A stretch of 64,000 bases of DNA from Proteromonas lacertae (lineage: Eukaryota), in NCBI GenBank assembly GCA_002245135.1, contig NGBS01000583.1:310001-374000 (forward strand), given 5' to 3'. Below, one piece after another: positions 25,074-39,619 of this stretch. A program made the position numbers and the translations under genes. The notes beneath the pieces are model-generated. The model was not told where the DNA came from, did not search any database, and worked only from the letters and a program-made list of their open reading frames with translations. How positions within the stretch are numbered: position 1 is the first letter of the stretch; each line of letters starts with the position of its first letter.

Positions 25074-28000
25074 TTATTTTTTAATTTTTCTTTTTTTTTT
25101 TCTCTTAAAAACAAACAGCAGAATCATATTATGAAAGTTTAGATAAGAAGCTTTTCCAACTGGATCAAGTATTGATATGATTTGGTTTGCTTTCATACTG
25201 ATTGTTTCTGATGAATCATTTCTACAAATCTGCATTATTAATACCAATTTCTTTACAAATTCAGAATCTTTGATGATATCAGTACAACTTTCAATCAAAT
25301 TTAGGAAATATATTGAACTATTGTTCAATCTGTAAGTTGATACGCATTCGTCAATATAACCTACAACCAGTTTCAAATAAATCAATATATCTATCTTTTC
25401 AACCTTCTTAGATGAGAATAGATACTTCAACAGTTGATAAAATGAAACTGTAATCAATCTATTCTCGCTTATCTTTATTATTCTAATCGACATTTCTATT
25501 ATCTTTTTAAGTATTTGTGACTTGATTTCTTGTTGATCAGTAATAATCTTCAACAGATTTACAATCAATGAATTCTCTGTTTCTATAATATGATCTATAT
25601 TGTTATAATTATCTTCAATATTATTGGATATTTCCATTAAAGTCCTTTCCACTTTTTGAAAGGAGGAGAAATCTAATGCAGCTTGATCTATTAGCTTCTT
25701 ATGAGCAACTTGTTCATTATATTGTTCTTCAGTTAATATTGGCAAAGGCAATAATGTTAAGTCATTATTCATATAAGAATCAATACTTGTCATTATTGTG
25801 CTTCTCACTATTTAAAATATAAAATATAAAATATGGTAATAAATATACATTGAACTTGACATGAATCAAGGAATTCTATCAACTCAATAATTATGTCTAA
25901 ATAGTATTCAGTTTCTTCTTTTATCATTTGAGGTAATGTTGATAATAACAGTGTATAAATATGAGAATAGAATAACAATAATTCTAAGTTAGAATCTGTA
26001 ATATTTTGATTCTTGAATTCTTGATATAAAGATAAGATTTTATTGTAATAGAAATTAATCACATTTGTTCCTAATTCTTTATTACTCTCAAATATCAATG
26101 ATAAAATAGGAATTTCACATTTGTCAATCATTTTATTAGCTACATAATCTATTTGATCTTTACTTATGGTTTCTAAGTCACTTATATTTCTAATGTCATT
26201 TATTGTATGGTTTTTACGACCAACAGTTTGAGGGTTCAATCCATATCTATGACAGTAATACAAATATCGATTAGAATTCAAATATTCAGCATTGAATATA
26301 TCATTATTTACTAGCGGAATTACATAATCAGAACCCATTTTATTGTTATTACTATTATCACTATTCTCTTTGCTGTTATTATTCTCTTTATTCGATTCTT
26401 TGTTATTCTGTATTGATAGTTCAATATTTGCTTCAAAATCTATTTTTTTAATCAATTCGTGATTATTCTCATGGATTATTTGATTATACAACTTTGGAGG
26501 ACATATACTCTTGTTTAATAGAATACTATACAGTTTCTTTCTAACAGTAACACTAGGATCACACAGAAACTGAATGAAATAATTCAACACAGTTTGCTCT
26601 GGTAATAAAGGTATAAGAATCTCATACAATATAATCGATATTAATCTTTCACTCTCATTGGAACTAGATGTTTTATCTTCAAAGTCTTTTATTGTTATTG
26701 AAATAATTGGTGAATTCTCTGGTAATTTGTTGAATAATATTTGTAACTGATGAGCAGCAACATCAGCAATTGGCGAATTAAACTCTAAACTGTTAATATA
26801 ATCAATGATTGATTGTATTATTTCAGTAATATCATCAATCTTATAATCAGATATTAATATATGTAAAATATCAAAGATAATAGTTTGAACAGGAAATGAT
26901 GATGTTGGTAATAACTCTACTAATTGTTCAATTATTTCCTATTGATAATATATTTAGTAAAAATTAATAATTATACTTGAATATTCTCTTTTTCTAACAA
27001 ACTAAACATACTTGTTTTACGAATAGATTTTAAGAATGTCAAATAGTAATACAATCCTCCACTTGTTGTCTATTAATAAATAATAAAGATATAAATATAC
27101 AGTTGTTACTAAGTTATATAGATTCTTAGCATATAACAATATTTCATTATTATTAATGTTGAATAATATTGTTAAACCAAGTATTAATCCTTCTAAATCC
27201 CATGTTAAAGTACTTAAATTCAGTTTCTTAATAGATCCATATATTTCATTTATCATATTGGTAATTACATTAACTGTGATCATTTTGTTTTGAAATGATA
27301 AATATCGAAGTTGAGATAATACTACAATTGTGGCTCCTTTAAAACCTTTTTGATTTCTTAATTTTTGAATATAATATTCAATTTTATCCATAGTTTTAGG
27401 GTTAAACTTAACATCTTTGTATTTCTCATTGATTATTTCATATATCTTATTCCAATTATCTTCATTTACATCTGTAATAGATTTGATTATTCTATCATCT
27501 AGATTGGGATTTTCATTAACATCTAATGAATAAGTGGATGATATTAGATTGAATAATTCATTTATATTACTACACGAATGATCAGCATGAATTGATTTAG
27601 TAATTATTGAAACTTTATCAGTATATAAATCAAATAATGACTTTTGTTTTACATCAATATTCTTAATATCAATTTGATTCCTTAAATTTTCATAACTACA
27701 CATCATAAATGGCAATATTGAATATAATATATTGTATTGATCTTCACTTGGAACATATGGGAATAAATACAATATCGAATCTAACACATAATTCTTAATA
27801 TCATTTGAAGGATGTACTAATACTGGTAATAGAATATCATAAAGTATTGACATTGAATATTCTTCGTTTGTGAGGTATTTGATTGATTGTATTGATGTAT
27901 AAACATAATATTCATATTGACGATATGTTAGTGACGATAAAATTGGATCTAAAGTGTAATTATTCTTCAATGATAAGATATCAGCTTTTAAATAATCATA

Positions 28001-30867
28001 TATTTCTTTCACTTGTTCTGGATTTCCATATTTTCCTATTGTCGATATTATAATTGGATATAATAAAGACATATTCATATTTATATTCTTATTGTTATTA
28101 TGAAATCCATCTTTAATTGCTAAATGAATAACATCGAAATATGATAATGCTAATTTTGGTTCATAAACGAAGAACAATTGTAAGAAATTGATAATATATT
28201 TTGAATATTTATCATTCAACAAATATACTAACACTTTCTGATTGATCTTTTCCATTATTTTCTCCATCAAATTATCTATTTTAAAAGGTAATAATAATAT
28301 ATAGAAATGAAGATAAACAACAACATTATTATTGTTGTTAAATTGACTGTTACAAAACTCAACAATTGACAATAATTTATCAATATTAATCTTATCTTTT
28401 ATATATATCAAAGAGAATAATGAAATTGATAATGATAATTGAGAAAATATATTTGTTACTTCCATTTTATTCTTCAACATATTATCAATAATGGTAGAAA
28501 GGTTCTTCTTCTCTTTTTCATCATTTGTACATAATTTACTAAACATAATCAATATGTAATTGATATTATAGGATGGAAAACAGGTAGAAGATGATTCTAA
28601 GGGTTTTATCATTATTTCATACAATCCAGAGTTAAATAAACTATCTGATATTACTTTATTACTATCTTTGATGAACAATTCATTGAATATATTAAAAAAA
28701 CTATTAGTTTGAATGAATAAATTATCAGATAATAAGTTCTCTTTATATTTTTCAAATAATGATACTACATTTTCATATTTTTTATTCTTCTGTAATAATG
28801 TTATGAGCATTTTATGTATATCATTTCTTAAAGCCAAATTATTAATTCCTAATGCGATTATTATTATGTTTATAACATATATAAAGTCATTTTCATTTTT
28901 AATCCACAAATCAATATGTTGATAGATATTTTTTACAATTGAATAGATTCCATCATTATCAGTAGTTAAGACCTTATATAATAAAATATGAATTAAATTC
29001 TTCAATTTTTCATCACCTAAAAGGTTATATGGGAGTGAAAATATAATATTTAATATGATGGAAATGTTATTATTCTGCTTTTGTAATGAATCTGTTAAAT
29101 ATGCTTCTAATGGAAGTAATGTTTTTATTGTAGCTTCAGAAAGTGTTGGAATTAAACTCTAAATGAGATATAAACATAATACTATATACTTGTAAAATTA
29201 ATTGAATATGATATTGAATAACGCTATTGTCACTTAAAAATGGGTATAGTTTATTCATTAACAAGTCATCATATTGATTTACATGTTCGCATAATATATT
29301 AATTAACTGCAAATAATGAATCTTCATATTCTATACAATAAATAATAATTCTAATAATATTACTATACTTCTTTACAAAAGTTTATGTTATTTAACAGTT
29401 TTCTTATATTCATCGTTGGTACTTTTATGTTGAACAATTTGAACATAAAATTAGCCAGTAAATGGAAATCATCATAATTATAAACAGAATTGCCTACTAT
29501 TATACTATTACTAAGATTGATTATGTCTTTATTTTGATATATTTCACCAACTGTTAAAAGGCATTGTAAAGATAGACTTCTTGTTTGATATGGAGAAATG
29601 AATATATTACAAATTAAATCAATTATTATCTCTGGATATTGATTTAATAATGATTTATTGAAAATACATAATAATACACGTATTAAATGTACTATTGTAT
29701 TTTGTGTAATTGGAGAATGTGTATTTTGTATTTTTAATAGCGATGATACTAAATTAGATAATTCTGAAGGAAATTCATTAGCTGTATATTTTTCACTTTC
29801 AATAGTAAGAATTGATGAAAATAAATCATTGTAATCAACATTATAAACATTGTTATTTATTTCATTTTTATTTTGTTTTTGTAATATAACTGTTTTAATA
29901 TATTCATTTAAACACCATGATAATAACAATGTACACTCTTGATTCTGATTGGTTATTAAAGATAATAACACTTGCACAAATAAGGTTTGATCATTGGTTT
30001 GATTTTCAACTATTAAATTGAAATATGATAGAATATATTGTTGAATCATTTTTATTTCTCTATTTGATGGATTTTTAATTGACAATAAAGTATATAATAT
30101 TTGATACACTAAAGACTGATTAGAAGAGGTAATATATATTGGATTTAAATATAACAATGAATCAATTAAACATAGAGAATGACCAATTATTCGATTGGAT
30201 TGAGATAAGTTTGATTCTAATACGAAATAAACATTCCACACTGTTGATAGTTTATCTTCAATAATAAACTGTTGTGAATTATCTATAATTAATTGTGTTG
30301 CTATTTGTAATGATAATTCTTTCATTTGATTAATTGGGGATTGATAATATCCTTCTAATGCTGAGATTAAGCCATTTACCATTAGTTTTAATGATGGTGA
30401 TAATAAATGGAATAATGAATGAATTCCTTTGGATTGCTTATCAGGGTTTTGTAATTCATTAAATATTTTCTGCAATTCTTCAAAAGATACTTCATGAAAT
30501 ATAGATGCAAACTAAATAACACAAAATTGATAATTATAAATACTTTATAAAGTAAGTTCACTGTATCCCATCTGATAGAAGAAGAATAATGTTCTAAATA
30601 TGGTATGATTTTGACAAACAGTTGAACAGTAAGTCCTTCAAGAACATCTCCCTAAAACACATATTAACAATATTCTAAATACCAAATTCATGCTTTCATC
30701 TAGATAAGATTCTTGATTTTGATTTATTTTATTTAAAAATACTTTCACCTCTTCAATCCACTAGATAATAGATCAATATTAGATACTTTCTTAACAGATT
30801 CTCTATAATTCTCTGGTAATTCAAAAAATGTATTATGACTCAACAAATTCGGTCCAGGAGCTGACAT
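25074..30867 (-). CDS. Large ARM/HEAT-like alpha-solenoid protein (about 1,800 aa), unidentified
   Basis: About eight GT-AG introns join the long minus-strand ORFs in frame; HEAT-like segments such as FLCDPSVTVRK and LVHPSNDIKN. Confidence 0.65.
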
Positions 30868-30962
30868 TTTTGAATATTTCAAAATAGAACCGTTTCTAGC
30901 TTGATTGATTTGAAAAAAGCTCGAGCGTTATTATTTTTTAAAATTGAAATAAAGATAAAAGG

Positions 30963-31315
30963 ATGCCTACAGCAATAATAAAATCGGTAGATATGGAAAA
31001 GCCTATGGAAGAAAAAGCTATATCAACAGCTAAAGCGGCCTTAGATGAATGTAATACACCAGATGTATAGATTTTTATTATATATAACTTATATAGGAAA
31101 TTGCTCAATATATGAAAAGCACATTTGAAAATACATATGGTCATTTGTATGAATAATGATAATTATTTGAATAGATGGCACTGTTTTGTAGGTCGACATT
31201 TTGCTTCATATGTAACTCATGAAAAAGGTAAATACATGTATAATTATCAAAAATAATCATGCTTAGATACTTTTATCTTGGTCATACTGGTATATGTTTG
31301 TTTTCTTCTGGATAA
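30963..31315 (+). CDS. Dynein light chain, LC8 family (divergent)
   Basis: Spliced AIIKSVDM...EIAQYMKSTFENTYGHLWHCFVGRHFASYVTHEKGKYIYFYLG...LFSSG; three introns; absent from the ORF track. Confidence 0.92.
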
Positions 31316-31413
31316 TTTATTTTTTAATGTTCTTATTATTTAAATTTGTTTATATGAGATGAAATCAGGTTTATAACAAACAAATCATTACTATTTAACA
31401 ATAAATATACAAA

Positions 31414-32089
31414 TTAATAATATCGAGAAGTTTTATTCTCAGTCTGCACAAATCTCTTAAGTGTACCACTCTTAAATGCTTGTGTAGCTTGAACAAATGG
31501 TGGTTTATCGTAACACCAAGTCTTTTGAGCTTCTGTATCATATTTAGGATCTGTTTCATAACGATATCTTTCACCAATTGCTCCAGATGTTCCTTTGAAA
31601 TAATGTGGTTGATTATAATCAGGATGAGGAATAAGTCCAGCATTATCCATTTTCATTCTTTCTACAAGTCCATGTACTCTCTCTGGATATCCATATGAAT
31701 CTCTATTAGTTGTGTGAAAATAAGATTTATCGTAACTTGGATCAGCTTCGGCATGTTTACTATATTCTATTTCTTGATCATGAACTTTTCTTGGAATTAA
31801 AGTCTGTTCACCAAAATTTTGTAATGTTAAAGCTTTTGTATGGAGACTTTGACCTAAATTAACCATTGGTGCTTTTGGTGGATATCTTTTATAATCGCCA
31901 TATGTGGTAGAATAACTTCTCTATAATATTAATATAATTATTATTTGGAATACAGTTCCATAATCTGGTAGAACTTCCTGTTTGAAAGGAGGACATCTTT
32001 CTTCATACCAATTGGCTATTGATTATTACTTAGTGTTATATACAATTCAAGGTATATGGTGTATATGTTCTTATGCCACTACGATCCAT
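31414..32089 (-). CDS. NWE-motif protein, candidate axonemal microtubule inner protein
   Basis: Spliced N-terminus YTPYTLNSNWYEER followed by SYSTTY and FHTTNRDSY, as in CFAP95/CFAP107/CFAP68-type proteins. Confidence 0.6.
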
Positions 32090-32393
32090 AGGTAACAATT
32101 AAAAGCTAAAAAAAGAAAAGAAACGCTCTTTTTTGCTTGAAAAGCTTGATTGATAAAATGATTGAATTATGTTGAGTAGTGGAATAAAATGATATTTTAG
32201 AAATATATGGCTCATAATAAGATAAATGTATATATGAAAAAGAATATTTCTAAAAACAACATCATGTAGTGTTTTCATGAAGATTCTATACTTATATGAT
32301 GTTATAAAACATAATTTATTGAATTATGTTTATTTTTATTTACATTTTGTAATTAAATTAAAATTAGCCGTTTTAGTTTTTTGAATTTTTAAA

Positions 32394-35300
32394 ATGCTAT
32401 CTCATCAGCTAGTGAGGATCGAAGCTAGCGAACAGGTTAATTTACAAAATTACTCTGATTGCATATGTTATGGAGGTATAAAAACAAAATTTACTACAAA
32501 TAGAAGATCATATCACTCAAGTTAATATTGGTGGTTGTGAAAATTGCCTATTTGTTTTTAAATGGTATGAAAATAGTTAATTATGCTTTATAGCGATGAA
32601 TACCAAATTTCAGACTCTTTTAATTGTACAGCGGCTTTATACGATGATAGTACTTCATTCAATTTAGAAAATACAAGATCACTTAGGATTATACCATCTA
32701 AAGTATATTTATTTCTTATAATTGAAATTAGTCTGGAACAGGGAATATTGTTGTTAATAACAATGATAATAGTTCAAGTTTTGAATATTTTTCACCAAGA
32801 CATCCTTTATACGAGGATGGAAGCTATACAAAGTTTGGAGAAGAAAAAATTAGAGAGATATTCTTAACATTTGATAAGCAACATCAATACTTTATGAATT
32901 ATATTGATATTAAGAATATGATAAAAGTTTTACGTTTAGATCTCCCTTTATCACCAAATGCACTAAAACAATCATTTCAAAATCTCAAAATAAACTTATC
33001 AACTGATGCAGAATCAAGGATAATAATGACTTATCAGGATTTGCTCAAATATTACTTCGCTCAAAGTCCAGATGTATTAGAATCGCATTTGCAACAATGT
33101 AAAATTAGTACAACAGCATTACCTGATTATTTTCAAATAATACCAAATTATTTGAATAGAGATCCGTTTGATAATTCAAATACCTCTCTATCAGTCGCAT
33201 CTGATGAATCAAATCATATTCCAGAGCCAATTCCTTCTAAGCCAATAGAACAACCAGATTTACATGGTGAAGATTCATTTATTGATGATTATGATGATGA
33301 TAAATCAGATAATGAGAATGATAAGAAAGAAAATAATAACAATAACAATGATAATAATAATGATGAATTTGCTGAAGAAGAAAACGAAGAAGAAAATGGA
33401 CAACAAAGAAACGTAGAAGAAAATAAAGAAAATGAAGAAATCCAACAACAAATTCGTATATTACAACAACAACAACAACGACATCAAAAGAATAACAAGA
33501 ATTATAAGAATGAGATAAAAGAAGAAGATGATTTTAAATATTTCTCACATATTGATCCTTTATCACAACTAAAATCAACATTCTCAGTAAGTTCATCATC
33601 AGATTCAGCATCAATCCCTGAAACTGATTTGCCCTATTATATTCCAAATGAAAAAGAAAAAGATGAAGATTTTAAAACCAAACCAACCAGTATAAATTCT
33701 CAACCTACTTCTTATGGATCAGTAAAACCAACCTATATTCCAAGTGATGATGTATCCAGTGAAGCAACATTAAGAAGCATTCCTCCACCAAATATGATTA
33801 ATGATAGTTTACCTTTTCCAATGATTGAATGTCCAAATTATATATTGAATTGTGAATGTCAATTGAAAGTTCAGTTATCAACAGATCCAAACCTGTTTGG
33901 ATTATTCCATAGACTATTTCCTGTTTCTAATGCATTAACAGAGAAAGCAGAAATATTAAGAAAAGCTCTACAATTAACATCTTGTACAATGAGAAAAGAA
34001 AAATGTCAATTAATTATTCAAGAGTTAGAGAAATATGATTTGAGTAAATATAGAAACATTGATCAATACATTTATGATGAAATGTGTGGATTTAGACCAA
34101 CATTAGCTGAAGAATGCGATTTAAAACTAAGCAATCCAAACTATACAAAATTAGCAGAGATATTATCATATTTCTATAGAGAAAAAGTAAAAACTTCAAC
34201 TAAAAGATCAGTTAGTAGAATATCAAAGAGAATGAGTCTTAAGAATACTGAAACAAATAATAGTACAGAAAAACCATTAAAAACTACAAGAAGTATATCA
34301 ACACCAAAATATTTCAAATACGAATCATTAGCAAAGAAGATAAATATAACATGCTTGACATGTGAAGGTGATGAATTAACAATGGAAAAATATAGAAAAG
34401 ATTATAGACAACAACATGATTCAATAATGTCAATTAAACTATTAAAAGAAGGATTAGATTTATGTGGAATTGAATTTGAAAATGATAAACAATATGACTA
34501 TTATTTATACTATATTAAATGTGCATTAAACAATATAAAGCCTGATGATGAAGGTGTATATCAGAATAATTTAACTTGTTTACAATTCCTTGCTTATGTT
34601 AAAAAAATAGCATTTAATACAAATACCTCACAAGATGAATTACATAAAATTACTGATTTAGAAAAAATGTATTCTCCTGAGAAATGTATGCCTGAAAGTG
34701 TAAAAGCTAGAAATATGTTAAGAAGAAATCTTTGTCCAGGTAAAAAAGCACCAAAACCAATAGATTATGATGTAACTGATATGTATGACTTTGAATCAGA
34801 ATTAGTGTCAATATTTAATAGAGATTTTAACAAGTTTATTAAATTCAGACAAGTATTTATTTCAGATAAAACTCAAAGGTTTATTATTACATTGATTAAT
34901 AAAGGATTACTTTGTATTGGTGTAAGACCAATAAAAAGTAAAAACAGTAAATCAATTCCATTAGCTCCAATTATACTAGAAATTATTAGAAAACTAAAAA
35001 CTAATAAAGATGAAAACATGAATGAGAAAGACTTTGTTATTGAAGAATTACACAAAGATGAAGTAATAGAATCATCAAAATATAATGCAATTTACTATCT
35101 TATAATGAACATATTCTTAAATAGAAATTCAAAATTCATTACCGCTGAATATATTAAATATTTCTATGTAAAGAAAGTAAAATATGAACTAACTAATGTA
35201 GAAGCATTTGATCTTTTGACTATAAGAAAAGACTTTAAAAAGTTGTTGAAAGTATCTTTATATACTCAAAGTATGAAGAATATATTATGTTCAAGATTTA

Positions 35301-36681
35301 TAAAAGGTATAAGTACAATTCAATATAAATGTCCATTGATTAATGTTAAACAATACATACAGTTCTTAACAGAAGTTCATAATATCGTAGCATTAGATGA
35401 TTTTGTAAAACATATTACAGTAAGAATTAAAAAAGTAAAGCATTATACAAAACCATTAGATTTTGATATAGAGAAGCAGCAAATAATGGAAGAAATATTA
35501 AGTGGTACATTATTAAGAGAGAATATGATCAATCCATATGAATGTATAGTGAAATATTATGATATTCCTGAGAATTATTTATATTCAGAAATACTGTTTC
35601 AAACAATTCAATACATGTTGACTTCAGCATCTGTAAAAATCATACAAAAACTACAGAATGAAAAGAAATCTAAGTTTAGAGCAACAAAAGAAGCATTCCA
35701 ATGGAAAAAGAAGAATAATATATTAGAAATCTGGGAGAATTTGAGAAGTGAAAGGAGTATTTTAATTCCAATATATTTGGGATTTAGAAGGTGGATAACT
35801 TCAGGTAATTCAGGTACAATTGATTTATACTTTGATTTAAGAATTGAGACATTAAAAGGAAATACAATCAAATCAAAATACTTAAGACAAATTGATCTTG
35901 ATATTTTAGATGGTTCAAAATCATTAGAAGAGTATAGAAAATCAATAATCAATTCCATTGAAAATCCAAAAACTTCAGGAAATGACACAACTGAAATAGA
36001 TGATGAAAAAGGAGGAAGTAATGATGATATTGATGAATTTAATGAAAATAAAGAAAAAGATGAAGAAGGAAGTGAATTAGAAGATGACTTTGATAATGAT
36101 GATGAAAATGAAATAAAAGAAGAAAAAAGTAAGAAAAAGGAATTAAAAGAAGAAAAAAATGAAGAAGAAACAGATAATTATAGTGGAATATGGTCAGAAG
36201 AAGAAGAAGATAGAATAGTAACAGAAAGAGAAGAGAAAAGAAAACAAAGAGCAAAAGAATATAAAGAAAAGAAAGCATTAAAAGAACAAGAAGAAGCTGA
36301 TAGGAAAAAAGAGGAAGAAGAGTTAAATAGAAAAGAAAAAGAAAAGGAAGTGAGAAAAAAGATTAAAGAGATGGTTAAAAGGAATAAGCCATGTATCCCA
36401 GCATATAAGAAAATAGAAATGGAAAAGAAGAAAGAAGATAAGGTAATAAATAAAGAAAAAGAAAAGAGAGGTAAAGAAATAAAAGATGTATATAACATAT
36501 TCATATATATTCTTTGATATAGAATAATCCTGGAATAGACAAGAAGGTAAATATCAAGAAGAAGTACTATAATTTGAAGAAGAAGAAATGGATGTATAGA
36601 CCACCTTACCATCCAGTGCAAAGATCACCCGAAGAAGATTGGAGACCAACGGCGATCATTAATGAAAGTTCATATGAATAG
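32394..36681 (+). CDS. Large protein: N-terminal TBCC/RP2-like beta-helix, EF-hand-like segment, acidic and coiled-coil tail
   Basis: QVNLQNYSDCICY...QVNIGGCENCLFVFKCDEYQISDSFNC has beta-helix periodicity; IREIFLTFDKQHQYFMNYIDI is EF-hand-like; four introns. Confidence 0.55.
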
Positions 36682-37126
36682 TAATTTAACTTAATTATTG
36701 AATAAAAATCTACTTTTAGATGAGTTTTCCTATATTTTCTATCAAAAATAACATATAGATAATGAGGAATAGGATAAAAATATAATATACTTGATAATCA
36801 AACATTAGTAATAACTAAACATTTCAAAAATGATTTCATCTCTAAAATGAAAGAAACAAGGTATGTATAAACTCCAATTCTGCATTTTGTTGATTACATT
36901 ATGGCACTATTGCATTCTTATTTGTTAGGATGTAATTTACTTTCTTAATGTAAAATCAAAATAATAATGCAAGTGGAGATATGTTTTTTTTTTATCTACC
37001 ATATTTTAATATTATAACATTTTTATAGATTGATAAACTGATGCATTTAATGAGAAAACTATAGAAATAAAGAAAATGAGAAGAAGATAAATAGATTAAG
37101 TGTTATTTTATTTAAGAATCGCTTAA

Positions 37127-39495
37127 TTACTCACGTACCTCAACAGCAAATATCTTTATCTTAGTACTATCAAACAAAGGAATGATTTGGTTTCTAATGT
37201 AAATAATTCCCCATAAATATTGTGTGAACCATTGATTTGTGTATTGATTGGGTGAATAACGTTGTATTTCAATACCATGTACCGGTAAAATACCAACTAA
37301 CGTAATTCCATTTAAATATTCTACAACAGCTTCTTCATCGATAATTCCACCTGCCTTTGTACAAAGTTCATCTACTTGAGGTAATACATAATTCAAAGCT
37401 TTCAGAATCTATAAAATAGTGAAATCAGTATAAATATACAATTTCAAAAGCTTCCATTTCTTGTTTGAATGAATTATACCATTCTTCTGTAATAGCAGTT
37501 CCATTAGCAAACTCTTTTGGTTTGAATTGCTCATATGCCATATTCAAATAATTCGATAATTTATGAAACAACCCTCTTCTTACTAATATTGAGTAGAGCA
37601 CATGCATATTACCTTCATAATGGAAAATCAATAAATTAGCCATTGTTTTAATCAACAATGCTAATTTATGACATTCAAATTCATTTGCTAAAATACTGTT
37701 TTTCTTTGATAATATTTCAAATAAAGTTAACAGTTTTTCAGATGCAAATAATGACAGTTTCATAGTATAAGAAGAGATATTGAATAATATTGTAATGAAA
37801 ATACTATGTAATGGTTTGATTTCTTCCATTGATTCTGTTACCATTTTGTAAATAATAATAATCACATAATCACTAAAACTACCAGTAAAAAAAAATGGAA
37901 ATTAAAATAAAACTATTTAAATAATATAACATATATATGCGTAAAAAAAAAGGATATTAAAATGAAGGAATATCCAACGGTAATCTCTTTTTAAAAGGTT
38001 TATTCAAATTCACAGCATATTCTCTTTCACTTGATAACAACATCACAATAAAAGTAACCATATGAACTAAACCAACTTTATGATGGTTACTTCTCCCTTC
38101 ACACATTAAATAAAACAACGGTGTAGTATAATCAACAGCATAATGACTAGAAATATAACTTAGAAAGTCATTATTTGTATCTAATAATCTCCATAAGAAT
38201 AAAAGTATTTCTTGTTCACATAAGATAGTATGTTGAGAACCTGGAAGTATTGTGTTATTACTATCAATTATTGAGTTTAATATTCTCTGAATACTATTAT
38301 AATAATATTATATATATATACTTTGATGCAATCAGTGTAAAATCATTCTTTTTATCCATATCATTGATATATTTATAATATATATTATCATTTATATTAT
38401 CAGGTCGATAATTCAATAATACATCCATCAAATGTAGACAAGCTACAACTAAATCTTCATCAGCTGTACCTCCAATTGTACTGAAATAAGGAATACCATA
38501 ACCACAAGGATCAAATGAACATAGTATATTTACTATACTATAGAAGAAAGTGTGTGTTAATGAAGTATCTTTTGATGTAAGATATTGAGACATTGTATTA
38601 TCACATTTAATCTATAATAATATAATATATATATACATCGTATAATTCACTACTACAACAAGTAACTAATAATTTCAACAATTCTATTCGATTATTATTG
38701 ATTTCAGTTGCACTTGTATTAGGAAATGTATCAGGAACATTATCATTGAGTTGGGATGTATAATATTCAACATATTGTGGTAATACTATTCCACCTCTTT
38801 GAGTAAACCATATTAACATTGTATCCACTATGTCTGGACTGATTTTGTTGATTATCTCATTACATCTCATTGAATGTATATAACAGTTACCAGGTATCTA
38901 AGATTTTTATAATAACATATATTAATACAGTAAAACCAGGTAAGAACAAACATGACATTAGAGAATTTACTAATCTTTGACCAAATGATATTTTTATCTC
39001 TGTTTGATTATCTCCTTCTGCTTCTTCCACTTCTTCTTTTTTCTACATGCTATATATAATGATAAAATACTTTTGGATATTGAGGAGTGTAGAAATTATT
39101 GGCTAAAAAGTTATCTTCATCTGTTTCCAATAGAAATGGTATTGTTCGAGTTAGAACTCTAATTGCATTTATTAACTTTTTAAAATTTAATGAAGTTGGA
39201 GATGAGACAGCTTCTTCGACAATCTTAAGACACTAGCAAAAATAAAATTAATATTCAATACTATATTTAATAATGTAACAAGATTTTCTGGATGAGATGC
39301 TCTTATATCTCTTGTACTGCAAGGTTGGATGGAAGAAAAAAGTTCCTTCACATAATAAACTCAATAATATACTTCACAGGTAGTAGGTGTTTCGAATAAC
39401 TCATTCCAAAATGCGTGCTCTGAAGCATCTATGGTTTTCTTAGATAGATCAATTATTTTGTGAATTAATTGAACTTTGCTTTCACTTGATCCCAT
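37127..39495 (-). CDS. HID1: HID1/Ecm30-family Golgi protein
   Basis: MGSSESK (myristoylation-like start), NNNRIELLKLL, FDPCGYGIPY, LLSSEREYAVNLNKPF, GITLVGILPVHGIEIQRY, YLWGIIY. Confidence 0.93.
37885..37957 (-). other. U12-type AT-AC intron (73 nt) in HID1
   Basis: Consensus donor ATATCCTTT and AC end; removal gives PLDIPSFYGSFSDY, colinear with HID1. Confidence 0.88.
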
Positions 39496-39573
39496 ATTTC
39501 TATTCAATAATATTATTATTTCTTTTAAATACTATCTCTAATACAATTTAAAGAAAGATGAAAAACAAAAACT

Positions 39574-39591
39574 AGCTTGATAATTCAAGCT
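39574..39591. promoter_or_regulatory. Inverted pair of the recurrent GCTTGA motif in the HID1/receptor bidirectional promoter
   Basis: AGCTTGA-taat-TCAAGCT lies between divergent ATGs at 39495 and 39620. Confidence 0.5.
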
Positions 39592-39619
39592 TTCTAATTC
39601 GTTATTCAAACTTTATTCT

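Noticed and set aside
31295..31302. TGTTTGTT inside the LC8 CDS as a poly(A)-created stop signal
   Set aside because: The conserved LC8 C-terminus continues to a genomic TAA, so the motif alone is not sufficient.
36682..37126. Long convergent spacer with a weak TGGAGATA...TATCTACCA hairpin as a possible ncRNA
   Set aside because: No recognisable snRNA or snoRNA boxes and no ORF; an Infernal search would be needed.
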